Positions 23,361-35,699 of a DNA stretch of 64,000 nucleotides are shown here, in pieces. The stretch is from Stegostoma tigrinum (Eukaryota). Location: NCBI RefSeq assembly GCF_030684315.1, contig NC_081357.1:22615204-22679203 (forward strand), in the 5' to 3' direction. The translations under genes were made by a program, and so were the position numbers. Position 1 is the first letter of the stretch. Every line of letters starts with the position of its first letter. The notes under the pieces are model-generated. The model was not told the DNA's origin, did no database searches, and worked only from the letters and a program-made list of their open reading frames with translations.

Positions 23361-25599
23361 TTAGCTGAGAGTCGCATTTTGCCAAGTTCCATGGAAGATT
23401 TCTCTGCAAGGCATAATCTCATTCAATTGGCCCAGACTTGCTTCATTAGCCCTGTACCCTAATGGTGCCTTCTAATCCGATGCTAACCCAGCTCTCCCAC
23501 TCAGCATTTCTGGAGGTGCTCACCACTGCCAGGATATCCTGGGATTTAAAAAAAGCTACTGCTCACCCAGTAAAGCGCTGGAATTCCAGAGCTGGCTTCA
23601 TTGTTGCAGATATTCGACTTGTCTGTGCAGAAAATGGAAAATCGATTCTCCGTCTTGCAGATGGGGACCCCAGTGGACGGGATGTGGGGAGATGGGATAT
23701 CTTCCTTCCCCAGGACCGGGAGAGGAGGCATGACTGCAGACTATGAAGATGAATGAACATCCCCGCTTAGAGAGATTCAGGTGTTTAACACGGTGTATTC
23801 ACGAGCACCTGGGACAGGGTCAGGGACTGCACGCAATGGGCTCCTGCTTTTGGTTCATTCACAGCATATACTGCATGCAGCTTCACTGTCTGGGAGTCTG
23901 GGTAATGAGGTTAACCTTTGAAGGACCCCACATCTCTGGAAAATGAAGCTGCCTCCCTCTGTCCCTCTCATAATGAAGCACTTACCCTGCCCACTGCAGC
24001 CCCTTCCATCCCTATTGCTGGTTATTGTCAGCACAACGGAAGGCAGCTGCAGTCCCTCCTCAAACACTGAGTTTCAGGCTCAGAATCTCACCTCGATCAG
24101 CCTCCAAAACCTTAACCTTCCTTTCTAAAGCTGCCATCCCCGTTAATCTCAATAGCTTTGCAATTCCCCACTCAGACCTGCATATCTAAATCTGACCGCC
24201 CCCACCCATGCCCAGACACAGATACACTGAGTAAGGCCACTGTCCACCATGGAAGCAGTGTGCAGCTTACAGTTGATGCTCCCCATTTCTACAATACCCC
24301 TTTGCCCTCCAATGCTCTGTCACCAGCCCCATATCTTATAGATTTTGTTGCCCCCCCACCTTTAGTATTGTAATCACCTCTGCATCCCAATAACTCCAGT
24401 CCTCATATTGCACATTTGAGGGCCCCCATCCCCATCCAGCAATATTGTCTCCTGACAACCCTCCCATTAGCCTTTAGTGGGCTGACCATGCACCCCCTCC
24501 CAACACACTGAGCCGATAAGCCTGAATGATGAGTGACCCAGACCCCTGACTGATATCTGTCCAGCTCCTTCTTTGTGTTCCCATGATTCCCCAAAGCCAT
24601 AAGGCTGACTCTGGCACACTCCCTAAAAGGAAGAGATACAGTCACTATGACCCAGACTGCACAAGCCTCTCAACCGACCTTGGAATCTGCCCTTAACTTA
24701 CTTTGCCTGGCTGAAGGGCGTCTCCCTCAAACTGACTGGGGACCACTCCGCTTAGACTTTGAGATGCGTCTGGGTGATGAACATGAGTGTGTTTACCATG
24801 TATGTAAAATTGGTCTAGCATGGTACCATACAGCAACCTATCCAGCTCCTTGGTTGATGAGCAGTTCAAGCTGCTTGGCCCTGTGCCTGTGCCAAACTGC
24901 AGGCAGTGAGATTTTAAGGTCTGGTTGGGCAGCCAATACATACAAAGGCAAGACAAGATAACTCAGGAATGCTACAGGTGTCCAAGTAGGTGCAGAGTGA
25001 GTGAGGGTTGAAGAGAGCACTCGAGCATTCCTGAGATGCACCCTGGTCCAGTCTGTGAGCTGGATCCATTTCCTTATGTACAAGGTGTGTGGGCAGCAGT
25101 GGTCCATTACAAGTTGTGTCAATGTGCTCTCAAATGCAGCACTGAAGCGCTGAACCGCACTGTAAATGAATCAGAGATGTGCCACGATGATGGGGTGAGG
25201 ATGGCACATGCCAAATGCCAAGCTCCATGGATGTGGAGTGTGTGCTATCACTGCCCATGGAGTGTACCCTGGGACATTGGTGTCTGGTGTCCAGGATGGA
25301 GATCTGGAGGGACAAGCAGCCAGCTGTGGTCACCCGATACCCGCTATGGTTTCATGTCAGGGATCATCACCATTTAGTTTCTGTTCTACAGCCGGGAGAA
25401 TGTCCGTCTACAAATAAATGAAGAGAGATTAAGTAGTGATGATGGTGATAGTAAGTAACAATCACCATTGATAGTCCTTTTGCTGCTCAACAGTTATAAT
25501 CTGGTCTCAGTGCCTGGGGCTTGAGTGAAAAGTGTGCCTTCTGGTCTCAGCACCAAATTTATCGCCATGTCCAACGGTGTTTTGGTCCAGGGAAGATTA

Positions 25600-26000
25600 C
25601 ACACTGAAGGATAATGGATGACATTAAGATTATGAAGGGTTTCGATGGAGTGGGCCCAGTGAAAGCATTTCCACTTGTGAAAAAAAAGCAGAACAATATG
25701 TTAGCCGCCAAGCTATCAATCATGGAATTCGAAAAAAATACTTCCTAACCAAGAGAGTTCTGAGAATATGGAACTTGGCAACAGCGAGAGTTGTTGAGAC
25801 AATTTGATAGATCTAAGAGGAGACTAGATATGTTGGAAGGAGAAAGAGTTTACTGATAGTGGTAGGTAAGGAAAGATGGGTAAAGGCTTGATTGTTGTGA
25901 AAATGCCAACATTTTCATAACTGTGGGTCGGTTACATAGACTTTTAGAGCTGAATGACTTGTTTCTGTTCTGGCTAGCCTCTGAAATTCTATGCACATAA
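25600..26000 (+). mobile_element. Old CR1 3' fragment
   Basis: aagattatgaagggtttcgat...ttcctaaccaagagagtt...tggaac...gctgaatgacttgtttctgt. Confidence 0.6.
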
Positions 26001-26176
26001 CTGGTCTGTACCACAAATCATGGAATACATGGCACCCCTTTTATGTTAAGGATACAATGTCATTGTGGTGACATTAGTATTTGGTCATGTGTGAACTGAG
26101 TGATAGCAAATTAGCAGAGGCAATTTCCCACGCAGATCTGAATAAGGCTGCTAATGGAAACAGTGGACTGTTCATT

Positions 26177-26364
26177 AAAAGGTAAAGTCATCATAACCTT
26201 ACTGGATATAGGGCTGCTCTCTCATTAGAGAGACACAACGAGTGGTGGTTTAACCTAAGGGTCACCATGCCTCAGATGAAGGGAGTCCTTCATTGTAACC
26301 TCAGAGAGTGCAACAACTGAACCTGCATTGTTGAGGATCCTCTATATTACATCCAGTCAACTAG
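26177..26364 (-). mobile_element. tRNA-derived SINE, family D
   Basis: aaaaggtaaagtc...gctgctctctcattagagagac...ggtttaacctaagggtcacc. Copies at 30941-31146 and 44321-44506. Confidence 0.65.
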
Positions 26365-27865
26365 GACGTTCAATGACAGGGACACTGGGTTTTTTTTCCA
26401 GGTTGGGATTCAAATTCTCAAACTGCCATGGTTAATCTGAATCAATGGGCTTTAGATTTTAATTCAGTGCCTCTCTATCTGCATAACATAAACCAAGTTC
26501 AATCCCTCATTCTGCGCTATTTCGACAAACCTACCACTTTGTGTCTCGAATACATGTGAGATGTGTAGCTACATAAACGAGGTCAGGCTTTCCAGCACTA
26601 GGGCTGAAGCAGGAGATCCCAAAGGAAGAGCTCATCACCGCAATCCCGTTCAAAGGGCCCACCTTTAATGGCTGCCAACTGGAAGAGTGCACAGAGCAGT
26701 TCCTTTTCTCAGATAGTGCTTGGAAGTATTTCTGCAAGAAGCACATCAAAGGAGGGCTGCCCTGTTTTCAGGTCTCAGGGTACCCTCGCAGATGGCAGGT
26801 GCTATCAGTTCTGTGTTTAACATTCGAGGCATCAGAGAAAGAAGTGAGAATAACCTGAGAATGTCCATCACGGTGCTGTTGATGTAACTGTAACATGACG
26901 ATGAGTTAATCAATCTCCACATGTTCCTTGTCACACTGCTGAGCTTGACCATAGCTTCATTCAAAATCCTTTGAACTAGATACATCCTGAAAGCCACAAG
27001 TGGCTCTATACTACAGCAGGAAGATTTTTGTTAAAGCCAAACTATTGCGCATTGTGACTTGCAGGGCTGAGTCCACATTGTTACAACATGCAGTTTAAAG
27101 AGAGAATGGGGCCATACAGCAGTGAAGCAAAGGGATACGTGCACAGCGTAGACGTTAAGATATCTTGTAAGTGATGCTGGACATGGGTGGTAACTGCAAG
27201 AAATAAAATATCTTTTGAAAATATTTGCATAATTCAAGATGGAAGATCATTGGGTCTTGACAATGTGTACCTTAAGTGAGCAGAGAGAACACAGCAAAGG
27301 TCCTAATCACTACTTTTAAATCTGTTTTAATATACAAATATGCTGGAGGAAAATGTTCAATGTTAGATCCTTGATCAGAAATGGAAAAATATAACAATAG
27401 AATCATGGAATGGCCACAGCAGAGAAAGAGGACAATCTGTCTCTTGTGTCAATTCACTGCATGAACAATACAGTTAGTCCCACTTCCCTGCTGGGCAGCA
27501 TGTACCAACACCTACAGTCACCAACCCTCCAACAGACCTCATACAAAAGCAGAATAGCATAGATCCCAAAATACTGGAATTGCTCAGCAGGGCAGACAGC
27601 ACCGGTGCGGGAAAGCTGAGCTAACTTTTCAGTCTGTCTGACCTTTCGACAGAAACTGGAGAAAGTTGACGATGCAACAAGTTTTAAGCAAGCACAGCAT
27701 CAAGGAAAATGGGAAGGGAGAAAAACAGTAAGGTGCTCATTAGAATTACGACAATAATAGGCTTTAACTGGTGCATTTTATCCTAGTTTTTTTTAATGAA
27801 GAAAGGTGGAGCCAGGGTTGTGAGCGGTCTGCCCCAAGCCAATAAAGTAAACAGCTTGTGAGGCA

Positions 27866-27986
27866 GTGATAATGGGAACTGCAGATGCTGGAGAATCCAA
27901 GATAACAAAGTGTGGAGCTGGATGAACACAGCAGGCCAAGCAGCATCTCAGGAGAACAAAAGCTGACGTTTCGGGCCTAGACCCTT
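27866..27986 (-). mobile_element. Solo Penelope pseudo-LTR (family A), truncated inside the hammerhead core
   Basis: Near-identical reverse complement of 29911-30028. Confidence 0.85.
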
Positions 27987-28049
27987 GCTTTCAAAGTGGA
28001 ACAATAGATGCAGCATGAAGGGGTGTAGTCAAGCTCCCATAGAATCAGG

Positions 28050-28660
28050 ATTCAAGAGGGTTTAAGAACAGGAACAGAGATGTGTTGCAATTATACAAAG
28101 CCTTGGTGAGACCACACCTGGAATGTTATGTGCAGTTTCGGCATCCTTATCTAAGAAAGGATGGTCTGGCTACAGAGGGAGAGCAGCAAAAGCTTACCAG
28201 CTGGATTCTTGGGATGGCATGACTGATGTATAAAGAGAGACTGGATCAGTTAGGATAATAGCCACTGGAGTTTAGAAGAATGAGGCAGATTTCTCATAGA
28301 AATCTATAAAATTCTAACAGGACAAATACAGGCATGATGTTTCCAATGACTGGAGAGCCCAGAACTAGGGGTCACAGTCTTAGGATACTGAGTGGACCAT
28401 TGAGCACTGAGATGAGAAAAAGTTTCTTCACCTAAAGAACGGTGAACTTGTAGCATTCTTTGTCTTAGAAAGCAGTTGAGACCAAAACACAGAATGTTTT
28501 CAAGGAGTTAGATATAGTTCCTCGGGCTAAAGAGATCAAAGGATATGGAAAGAAAGTGGGAACAGGATGTTGAGTTGGATGATTAACCTTGATCACATTG
28601 AATGATGAAGCAGGCTAAAAGGGCTGAATGGCCTACCCCGCTCCTACTTTCTATGGTTAG
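28050..28660 (+). mobile_element. CR1 LINE 3' fragment
   Basis: tacaaagccttggtgagaccacacctggaa (YKALVRPHLE) through gggctgaatggcctacc...ttctatgg. Confidence 0.9.
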
Positions 28661-28920
28661 TCCTCACACAACCCAGTCAGTTAAAGTCTTCCAGTCTGAA
28701 AATGCCCTGTGTGGGGACATTGAGAGCCTGGAGAAAGTGAGAACAAATGGACGGGTATGGATGCGTTTAGAACACATAATGTAGACTCTCTGGAAGCAGG
28801 CTGCACCAGACGAGAGTGCATTGTTCTCTCAGGGAGATACACAGAGAGCAGATGGACATGAACATATAAAGAAAACAGATTAATCATTACCAGAAGTAAT
28901 AATAGAATCAGAACCCCGCA

Positions 28921-29738
28921 GTGGTTGAGAACGCCCTTGACCTTGGCTCCTGCATTTCCCGCAACACATCCCTCACACCCCTCCCCCACCATAACCGCGC
29001 TAAGAGAATCCCCCTCATCCTCACATACCACCCCACCAACCTCCTGATACAACGCATCATCCTCCGAGACTTCCACCATTTACAATCCGACCCCACCACC
29101 CAAGACATTTTTCCATCCCCACCCCTGTCTGCTTTCCGGAGAGACCACTCTCTCTGTGACTCCCTTGTCCACTCCACACTGCCCTCCAACCCCACCACAC
29201 CCGGCACCTTCCCCTGCAATCGCAGGAAGTGCTACACTTGCCCCCACACCTCCTCCCTCACCCCCATGCCACGCCCCAAGATGACTTTCCACATCAAGCA
29301 GATCTTCACCTGCACATCTGCCAATGTAGTATATTGTATCCATTGTACCCGGTGTGGCTTCCTCTACATTGGGGAAACCAAGCGGAGGCTTGGGGGCTGC
29401 TTTGCAGAACACCTCCGCTCGGTTCGCAACAAACAACTGCACCTCCCAGTCGCAAACCATTTTAACTCCCCCTCCCATTCTTAGACAACATGTCCATCAT
29501 GGGCCTCCTGCAGTGCCACAATGACGCCACCCGAAGGTTGCAGGAACAGCAACTCATATTCCGCTTGGGAATCCAGCAGCCCAATGGTATCAATGTGGAC
29601 TTCACAAGCTTCAAAATCTCCCCCTCCCCCACTACGTCCCAAAACCAGCCCAGCTCGTCCCCACCTCCCTCACCTGTCCTTCCTCTCACCTATCGCCTCC
29701 TCCCACCCCAAGCCGCACCTCCATTTCCTACCTACTAA
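28921..29738 (+). pseudogene. Penelope RT-linker + GIY-YIG endonuclease, one frameshift near 29480
   Basis: RIPLILTYHP...CNRRKCYTC...FTCTSANVVYCIHCTRCGFLYIGETKRRL...EHLRSV...PVANHFN, then MSIMGLL...RRLQEQQLIFRLGIQQPNGIN in another frame. Confidence 0.9.
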
Positions 29739-29900
29739 CCTCACCCCACCTCCTTGGCCTGTCCGTCCTCCCCGGACTGATCTATCCCCTCCCCACCTCC
29801 CCACCTATACTCACCTCTCCACCTATCTTCTCCTCTATCCATATTCGGTCTGCCTCCCCCTCTCTCCCTATTTATTCCAGAACCGTCTCCCCATCCCCCT

Positions 29901-29934
29901 TTTCTGATGAAGGGTCTGGGCCCGAAACGTCAGA
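29901..29934 (+). ncRNA. Minimal type I hammerhead ribozyme motif in the Penelope pseudo-LTR
   Basis: CTGATGA (29904-10), stem II gggtc/ggccc, GAAAC (29924-28), GTC cleavage triplet (29929-31). Helix III is the palindrome ACGT and helix I is very short. Confidence 0.7.
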
Positions 29935-30940
29935 TTTTGTACTCCTAAGATGCTGCTTGGCCTGCTGTGTTCATCCAGCTTCACACTTTATTATCTTGGA
30001 TTCTCCAGCATCTGCAGTCCCCATTATCTCAGAACCTGGTATATGTATGGTTCACATATATGGTATTATTTAGTATCTATATCTAATGACTAGTTTCTTT
30101 GAAGTCAAAGCATGAAAATAGTTCTTGACTTTGCCTTCTCCTCAACCAACACATAGTGAGGCAGCAGTCTGTGCATTGTATCAGATTACCACCAAGTCCA
30201 TAAGAACTTACATTCCCAAATCAGGAGCACAGAATCAGGGAAATTCCCAGCTCGGCAGTTCGGCAAGTACGAGCTGTCTAATAGCTGCCCAGCTGAACAG
30301 TGCAATTGGATAAAAGGGCTGCTCATGATTATATTGGCTGTCCCGAAGCAGCATGACAAGCATAAAGAGATGTCAGATGGCACAGCTATGGAGACGGTCG
30401 CATCCTGGTACCATGGGCTGCTAATGATATTCTCCATTAACTCAGGTTATTATTATACCCCAGGAGATGCCTCATTACATGTCTCATGGCCCTTCGCTCA
30501 GCTGCCTGACCTCTTGTCGCTCATCGATTGGCGTATGCCCACTGAACTGAGGCTTGACCAGATCCCCCACAGTTGCATAGTGACATTGCACAGCAGTCAG
30601 ACTCAGAGCAAACTGGTAAATGGCCAGGAGCACCATCATCTCAGAGTGACAGCAATGAAAGCCAGGCTCTACAGTATTTGCTTTAATTGACTGAGATATA
30701 GAAACACGGTTGGTGCATGTCGTGTCACCAATGTGTGAGGACGATACCAGACTGCTTGTTACACAATTTTATGGCCAGAATGTTACACCAGAAGAAAGTG
30801 CAAAATGAGTGGGAGTTTCAGGAGAATCATCTCCAGGTGAGGAGTTGCGAGGCAAAGATCTCCTATCCAGTCAGTCAGAAGCACAAATAAGCTGTAGCAA
30901 GAAATCTCAGCAGCAGATAGTGTCTCAGGTACACATAGAA

Positions 30941-31146
30941 ATAAATTAACTATATTCCCAGGGAGTACTCTCCCTACACAGAGAGAGAGAGAGAGAGAGA
31001 TTGCTGGTGGTGAGTTAACACTGGGGGTGCACATGCCTCAGACAGAGGGTGAGCTAGAGAAGGTAGAGCCTTTACTCAGTGCAGAAATTGAACCCATGCT
31101 GTTCACATCACACAGCATTACAATCCCAGCCAGCCAACTGAGTTAA
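30941..31146 (-). mobile_element. SINE family D with internal (GA)n
   Basis: aattgaacccatgctgtt...cagccaactgagttaa, matching 44321-44506. Confidence 0.65.
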
Positions 31147-31437
31147 AGACAATGCCCACAGTTAGCTATGGATTTCGAGGCAGGAAATGTACCCCAATCT
31201 GTTGCTTTTGGCGCAGTGATTTGTTAAGCACAAGCACTCGAACGTCAGGGTGTTGGTTAACATATGCACCCTGCAGCCTAAGGAGCACGATTTGGCACGA
31301 ACCTCTCACGTAGCACTGAGGACTACTCCTATAAGTGGACACGATACAGAAGTGAATACTCAAAGGGATACCACAACACGTTACAGAGATTTCCCCAAGG
31401 CTGGATCATACTTCAGCTAGCATCATTTCACCAACTC

Positions 31438-32715
31438 AGTGTCACCTCAGCCCCTCCTCCCACCACCCAGCGTCACCTCACCCCCCTCCTCACACTGCCC
31501 AGCATCACCTCACCCCTCCTCCCACTGCCCAGTGTCACCTCACCCCCTCCTCCCACGGCCCAGTGTCACCTCACCCCTTCCTCCCACGGCCCAGTGTCAC
31601 CTCACCCCCCTCCTCCCACTGCCCAGTGTCACCTCACCCCTTCCTCCCACTGCCCAGTGTCACCTCACCCCCTCCTCCCACTGCCCAGTGTCACCTCACC
31701 CCTTCCTCCCACTGCCCAGTGTCACCTCACCCCCTCCTCCCACGGCCCAGTGTCACCTCACCCCCCTCCTCCCACGGCCCAGTGTCACCTCACCCCCCTC
31801 CTCCCACTGCCCAGTGTCACCTCACCCCTTCCTCCCACGGCCCAGTGTCACCTCACCCCCCTCCTCCCACTGCCCAGCGTCACCTCACCCCCTCCTCCCA
31901 CGGCCCAGTGTCACCTCACCCCCCTCCTCCTACTGCCCAACGTCACCTCAGACCCTCCTCCTACTGCCCAGCGTCACCTCACCCCCCTCCTCACACTGCC
32001 CAGCGTCACCTCACCCCCCTCCTCACACTGCCCAGCATCACCTCACCCCTCCTCCCACTGCCCAGTGTCACCTCACCCCTCCTCCCACTGCCCAGTGTCA
32101 CCTCACCCCTCCTCCCACGGCCCAGTGTCACCTCACCCCCCTCCTCACACTGCCCAGCGTCACCTCACCCCCTCCTCCCACTGCCCAGTGTCACCTCACC
32201 CCTTCCTCCCACGGCCCAGTGTCACCTCACCCCCCTCCTCACACTGCCCAGTGTCACCTCACCCCTTCCTCCTACTGCCCAACGTCACCTCAGACCCTCC
32301 TCCTACTGCCCAGCGTCACCTCACACCCTCCTCCCACCACCCAGCGTCACCTCACACCCTCCTCCCACCGCCCAGCGTCAGCTCACACCCTCCTCCCCCC
32401 GCCCAGTGTCACCTCACCCCCTCCTCCCACTGCCCAGTGCCACCTCACCCACACCAGGCCTCCTCACCAGCCTCCACCGTGGCTCACCTCACCGGATTCC
32501 ACCCAGTACCACCTCACCCAACCCGGGTCACCTCACCAGCCCCCATCCTTTGTCACCTTGCCCACCCAGTGCCACCTTGCCCATGCCAGGCCACCTACTG
32601 CCCCCCACCCTGGGTCACGTCACCAGCCCCTACCCCGAGTCGCCTCACCAGTCCTGACCAGTGTCACCTCGCCCACCCTGGGTTACCTCGCCCACCCAAG
32701 GTTACTTCACCCCTC
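31438..32715. repeat. C-rich minisatellite, 30-32 bp unit CACTGCCCAGTGTCACCTCACCCC(C)TCCTCC, about 30+ copies, degenerating after ~32450
   Basis: Tandem units read directly. The unit has no stop codon, so all three + frames are open. Confidence 0.95.
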
Positions 32716-33039
32716 GGCTTTCAGGGAGATGTAGTGATGCCTGAGGTGGTACTAGCTCACATTCTGAACTCAAATAGCATCCCAATTAGAGGATGCAGTC
32801 TGCATGTGGATATAGCGCTGGAAGATCCTTTACAGTCGTTCATGGGACCCAGCCAGCATTTATTACCCAACCCTAACTGCCCTTTAATAGGAGTTGGTGA
32901 ACTGCTGTTTTACACTCCTCGCTGAAGACAACCATATCTGACTTTGGACTGGTATTGCTTTATCAATGCAGCTTCCTCCATGACCCAAGCACGTCCAATA
33001 TCACAGGGTGGACGCTGAAACAATGATGCCCTTCATGGG

Positions 33040-33340
33040 GCAACTGAGAATTAGGGGAACTGCTTCAAAATAAGGTGTCTCCCAATTAAGTGATAATAGG
33101 ACTGATGAAGTGTCTAGGCCCAAAACGTTAGCTTTCCTGCTCCTAAGATGCTGCTTGACCTGCTGTGTTCATCCAGCTCTACACCTTGATATCTCGGTGT
33201 CTCCCAATTAAGATGAAGATGAAGGCCAATTTCATTTCTGAGACATTCATTCATGTTTAGAATCCTTTACTCAAGATAGCAGTGGAGGCTTGGTCAATAA
33301 CTATATTAAATACATTCAACGCCAAGTTAGATTCTTGATC
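33040..33340 (+). mobile_element. CR1 3' fragment carrying a pseudo-LTR insert
   Basis: tgagaattaggggaac...aaaataagg...ttaagatgaagatgaagg...gcagtggaggct. Confidence 0.6.
33091..33195. mobile_element. 105-bp internally deleted pseudo-LTR mini-element (family A) with 17-bp TSD
   Basis: ggtgtctcccaattaag at 33074-33090 and 33196-33212 flanks tgataataggactgatgaagtgtctaggcccaaaacgtt...gatatctc. Confidence 0.85.
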
Positions 33341-33567
33341 TATGACACAGTTGTGTTTTTGAGCAGAAACAATTTCTTGAGATCTTGTTGTGCACCATTC
33401 TCATGTACCCCAGCCAGGAGCCAGTTCAACTCTCTTTTGCAGGAATGCAGGGAAACACTACATGAGCTGTCAACTTATGGTTGTAGTCTAATATTGGCTG
33501 AGGTAAGAAAAATTGCCCAACACAGAATCGAGTCCCGCCCTTGAGTCATCTCAGAAAATTGCTCCTT

Positions 33568-33692
33568 TGTCACCTGATGAAGCAGCAGTGCTCCGAAAGC
33601 TTGGGATTTCAAATAAACATGTCAGACTGTAACTTGGTGTCATGTGACTTCTGACTTTGCCCACCCCAGTCCAGCTATGTCACCTCCATATC
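33568..33692 (+). mobile_element. Penelope-type pseudo-LTR (family C) with hammerhead-like core
   Basis: cacCTGATGAagcagcagtgctccGAAAgctt...aaataaacatgtcagactgtaacttggtgtc. A reverse copy lies at 45765-45850. Confidence 0.65.
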
Positions 33693-34814
33693 AGAATTTA
33701 TATGGGCACTGATTAGAGGTAAAGACATACGTCATATTCATTATCACATTTATGCAGAATTGGTGTGTCAAATTAAAACAACAGAAATGGACCTCCCTTG
33801 TCTCCAAATGTGTAACCCCTGATTCATTGCATGAACAAAATGCCCTGTACCTAAAGATTGCCATCACAACAAATTCAGCAAGTCAGCTCTGGAATGGATG
33901 CCTGGCAAGCTATCAACATTCCCTAAGCAATTCTGCACAGCTGGAGGGACTCAAGCACAATATTCAACGGCCATTGAAATTATTTAAGCAAAGAGGATTC
34001 CATGCCAGTGTCAGGGCAGAGTCCAGGTCTGATAAGTGATGTTAAAATGGCACTCTCCTTGCACTGGCATAAGTTGGCCATGGAATTGCCAGGCAGAACT
34101 TTAAACCTTTAGGACTGTACAAGGGTTGATGTGGATGGTAACTGACTGAGAATCCTAACTGAATAACAGCCATATGGCTGCAAATCAAGAGACGGTTGGA
34201 CAAATACAAATACAATCTTGTTATATCCTTTTGAATGGCACGAGAAAATGCCATTTCACCTTTCATCCCCAGCATCTGAGCAGCGGCAATATAAACTATT
34301 CAGCAAGGAACATGTTCCATTCATAATGGATAAGAAACAGCTAAGGCAGGATAAATGAGCAAAGATATGAGATCCTGTCTCAGCCACTCTCAAACTTCCC
34401 CAGCTGCAATTTAAACACAAAGGAGTGTTAGAATAGTGTGCTCTGGAGAACATCTTCAATGATTATCAGTTTTTAAATGAGGCATTGCATCTTATACTTT
34501 GGAAACAACTTGAATTTAATGGCTACAGGTTGGGTTTCTGGGGGCTTGTGAAATCCTTAGCACCCAAAGGGAGGCTGGAGAGACTGGATTCAGCAGTTAA
34601 GCGTTTGTCTGGCACTGCTAGTAATCAAGGCAAGGACGAGCTGCATCTCTTACCAAGTTGTGGCCAGTACAGCTACAACACTGGCATTTACTTGGTCATG
34701 TAGAAAATTGACCAGCTCTGCCCTGTCCAAAAACCACTCCAGCCTGTTGGCACCTTATTATTCCACTTTCAACCATCGGGAAACCAGTGAACAGTGCTCT
34801 CAGGCAGCACTTAC

Positions 34815-35560
34815 TAGAAACATAGAAGACACAAGCAGGAGTGAGCTATTCAGCCCTTCTAACCTACTCTGCCATCCAATAGCATCATGGCTGATCATCC
34901 AATTTAGTACCCTGTTCCTCTTTTCTCCCCATATCCTTTGATCCCTTTAGCTCTAAAAACTATATCTAACTTCTCCTTGTAAGGGGTCAATGTTTTGGTC
35001 TCAATCGCTTTCTGTGGCAAAGAATTCCATACGCTCACCACTCTCTTAGCAAAGAACTTTCTCCTTATTTCAGTATTAAATGCATGTCCCAATCTCCTTA
35101 TTCTGTGCTCCTGAATCTGGATTCTCCAGTCTTCAGGAACATCCTCCCCGTATTTACCCAACCTTGTCCTGTTTGAAATATATTGGTTTCTTTGAAATCC
35201 TCCATCATTCTTGAAACTCTAAACTGGTAACATCTTAACCAATCCAGGCTCTTTTTATACATTAATCTTGCCATTCTCAGTCTGGTAAATCAATTTTGCA
35301 CTCCTTCCACAGCCAGAACACCCTTCCTCAGATAAAGAGACCGAATCTACACACAATAGTCCATATGTATTCTTATCAATGCCCTGTACAAATGAATCAA
35401 GTCAGATGCACTCCCGCACTCAAATCTTCTCTCTTTGAAGATCAACATTTGCCTTCTTCACATCCTGATGCACCATCATGTTTACTTTCAGCAATTGGGG
35501 TTCAAGAACACCCAGGTCTCATTGCATCTCCATTTTCCACAAGCTGTCACTATTCAGACA
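34815..35560 (-). mobile_element. CR1 LINE 3' fragment
   Basis: ORF track RRKFFAKRVVSVWNSLPQKAIE...KGIKGYG. Confidence 0.85.
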
Positions 35561-35699
35561 ATACTAACAGATGTTCTGCCTGAATTCCATCTGGATCAAA
35601 TGGTTCTAGGTCGTATTTCAGCTTTGAATCAAATATGGAAAGGGAGGGGCTGAATTTAAAAGTTAAAGAACTACTCATTACATGAAGGCAATATTTAAT

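Larger units (their letters stand above)
28916..30028 (+). mobile_element. 5'-truncated Penelope-like retroelement
   Basis: GIY-YIG ORF, pyrimidine-rich spacer and pseudo-LTR with tail. Candidate TSD tcagaacc at 28908-28915 and 30029-30036. Confidence 0.9.

Noticed and set aside
27866-30028. One 2.1-kb element bounded by inverted pseudo-LTRs
   Set aside because: The Penelope part has its own candidate TSD (tcagaacc), and unrelated CR1 and unique DNA lie between, so these are more likely two independent insertions.
31439-32925. 364-443 aa Pro/Ser-rich ORFs resembling mucin or extensin
   Set aside because: All three frames are open only because the minisatellite unit lacks stops, and unit length varies 30-32 bp without preserving frame.
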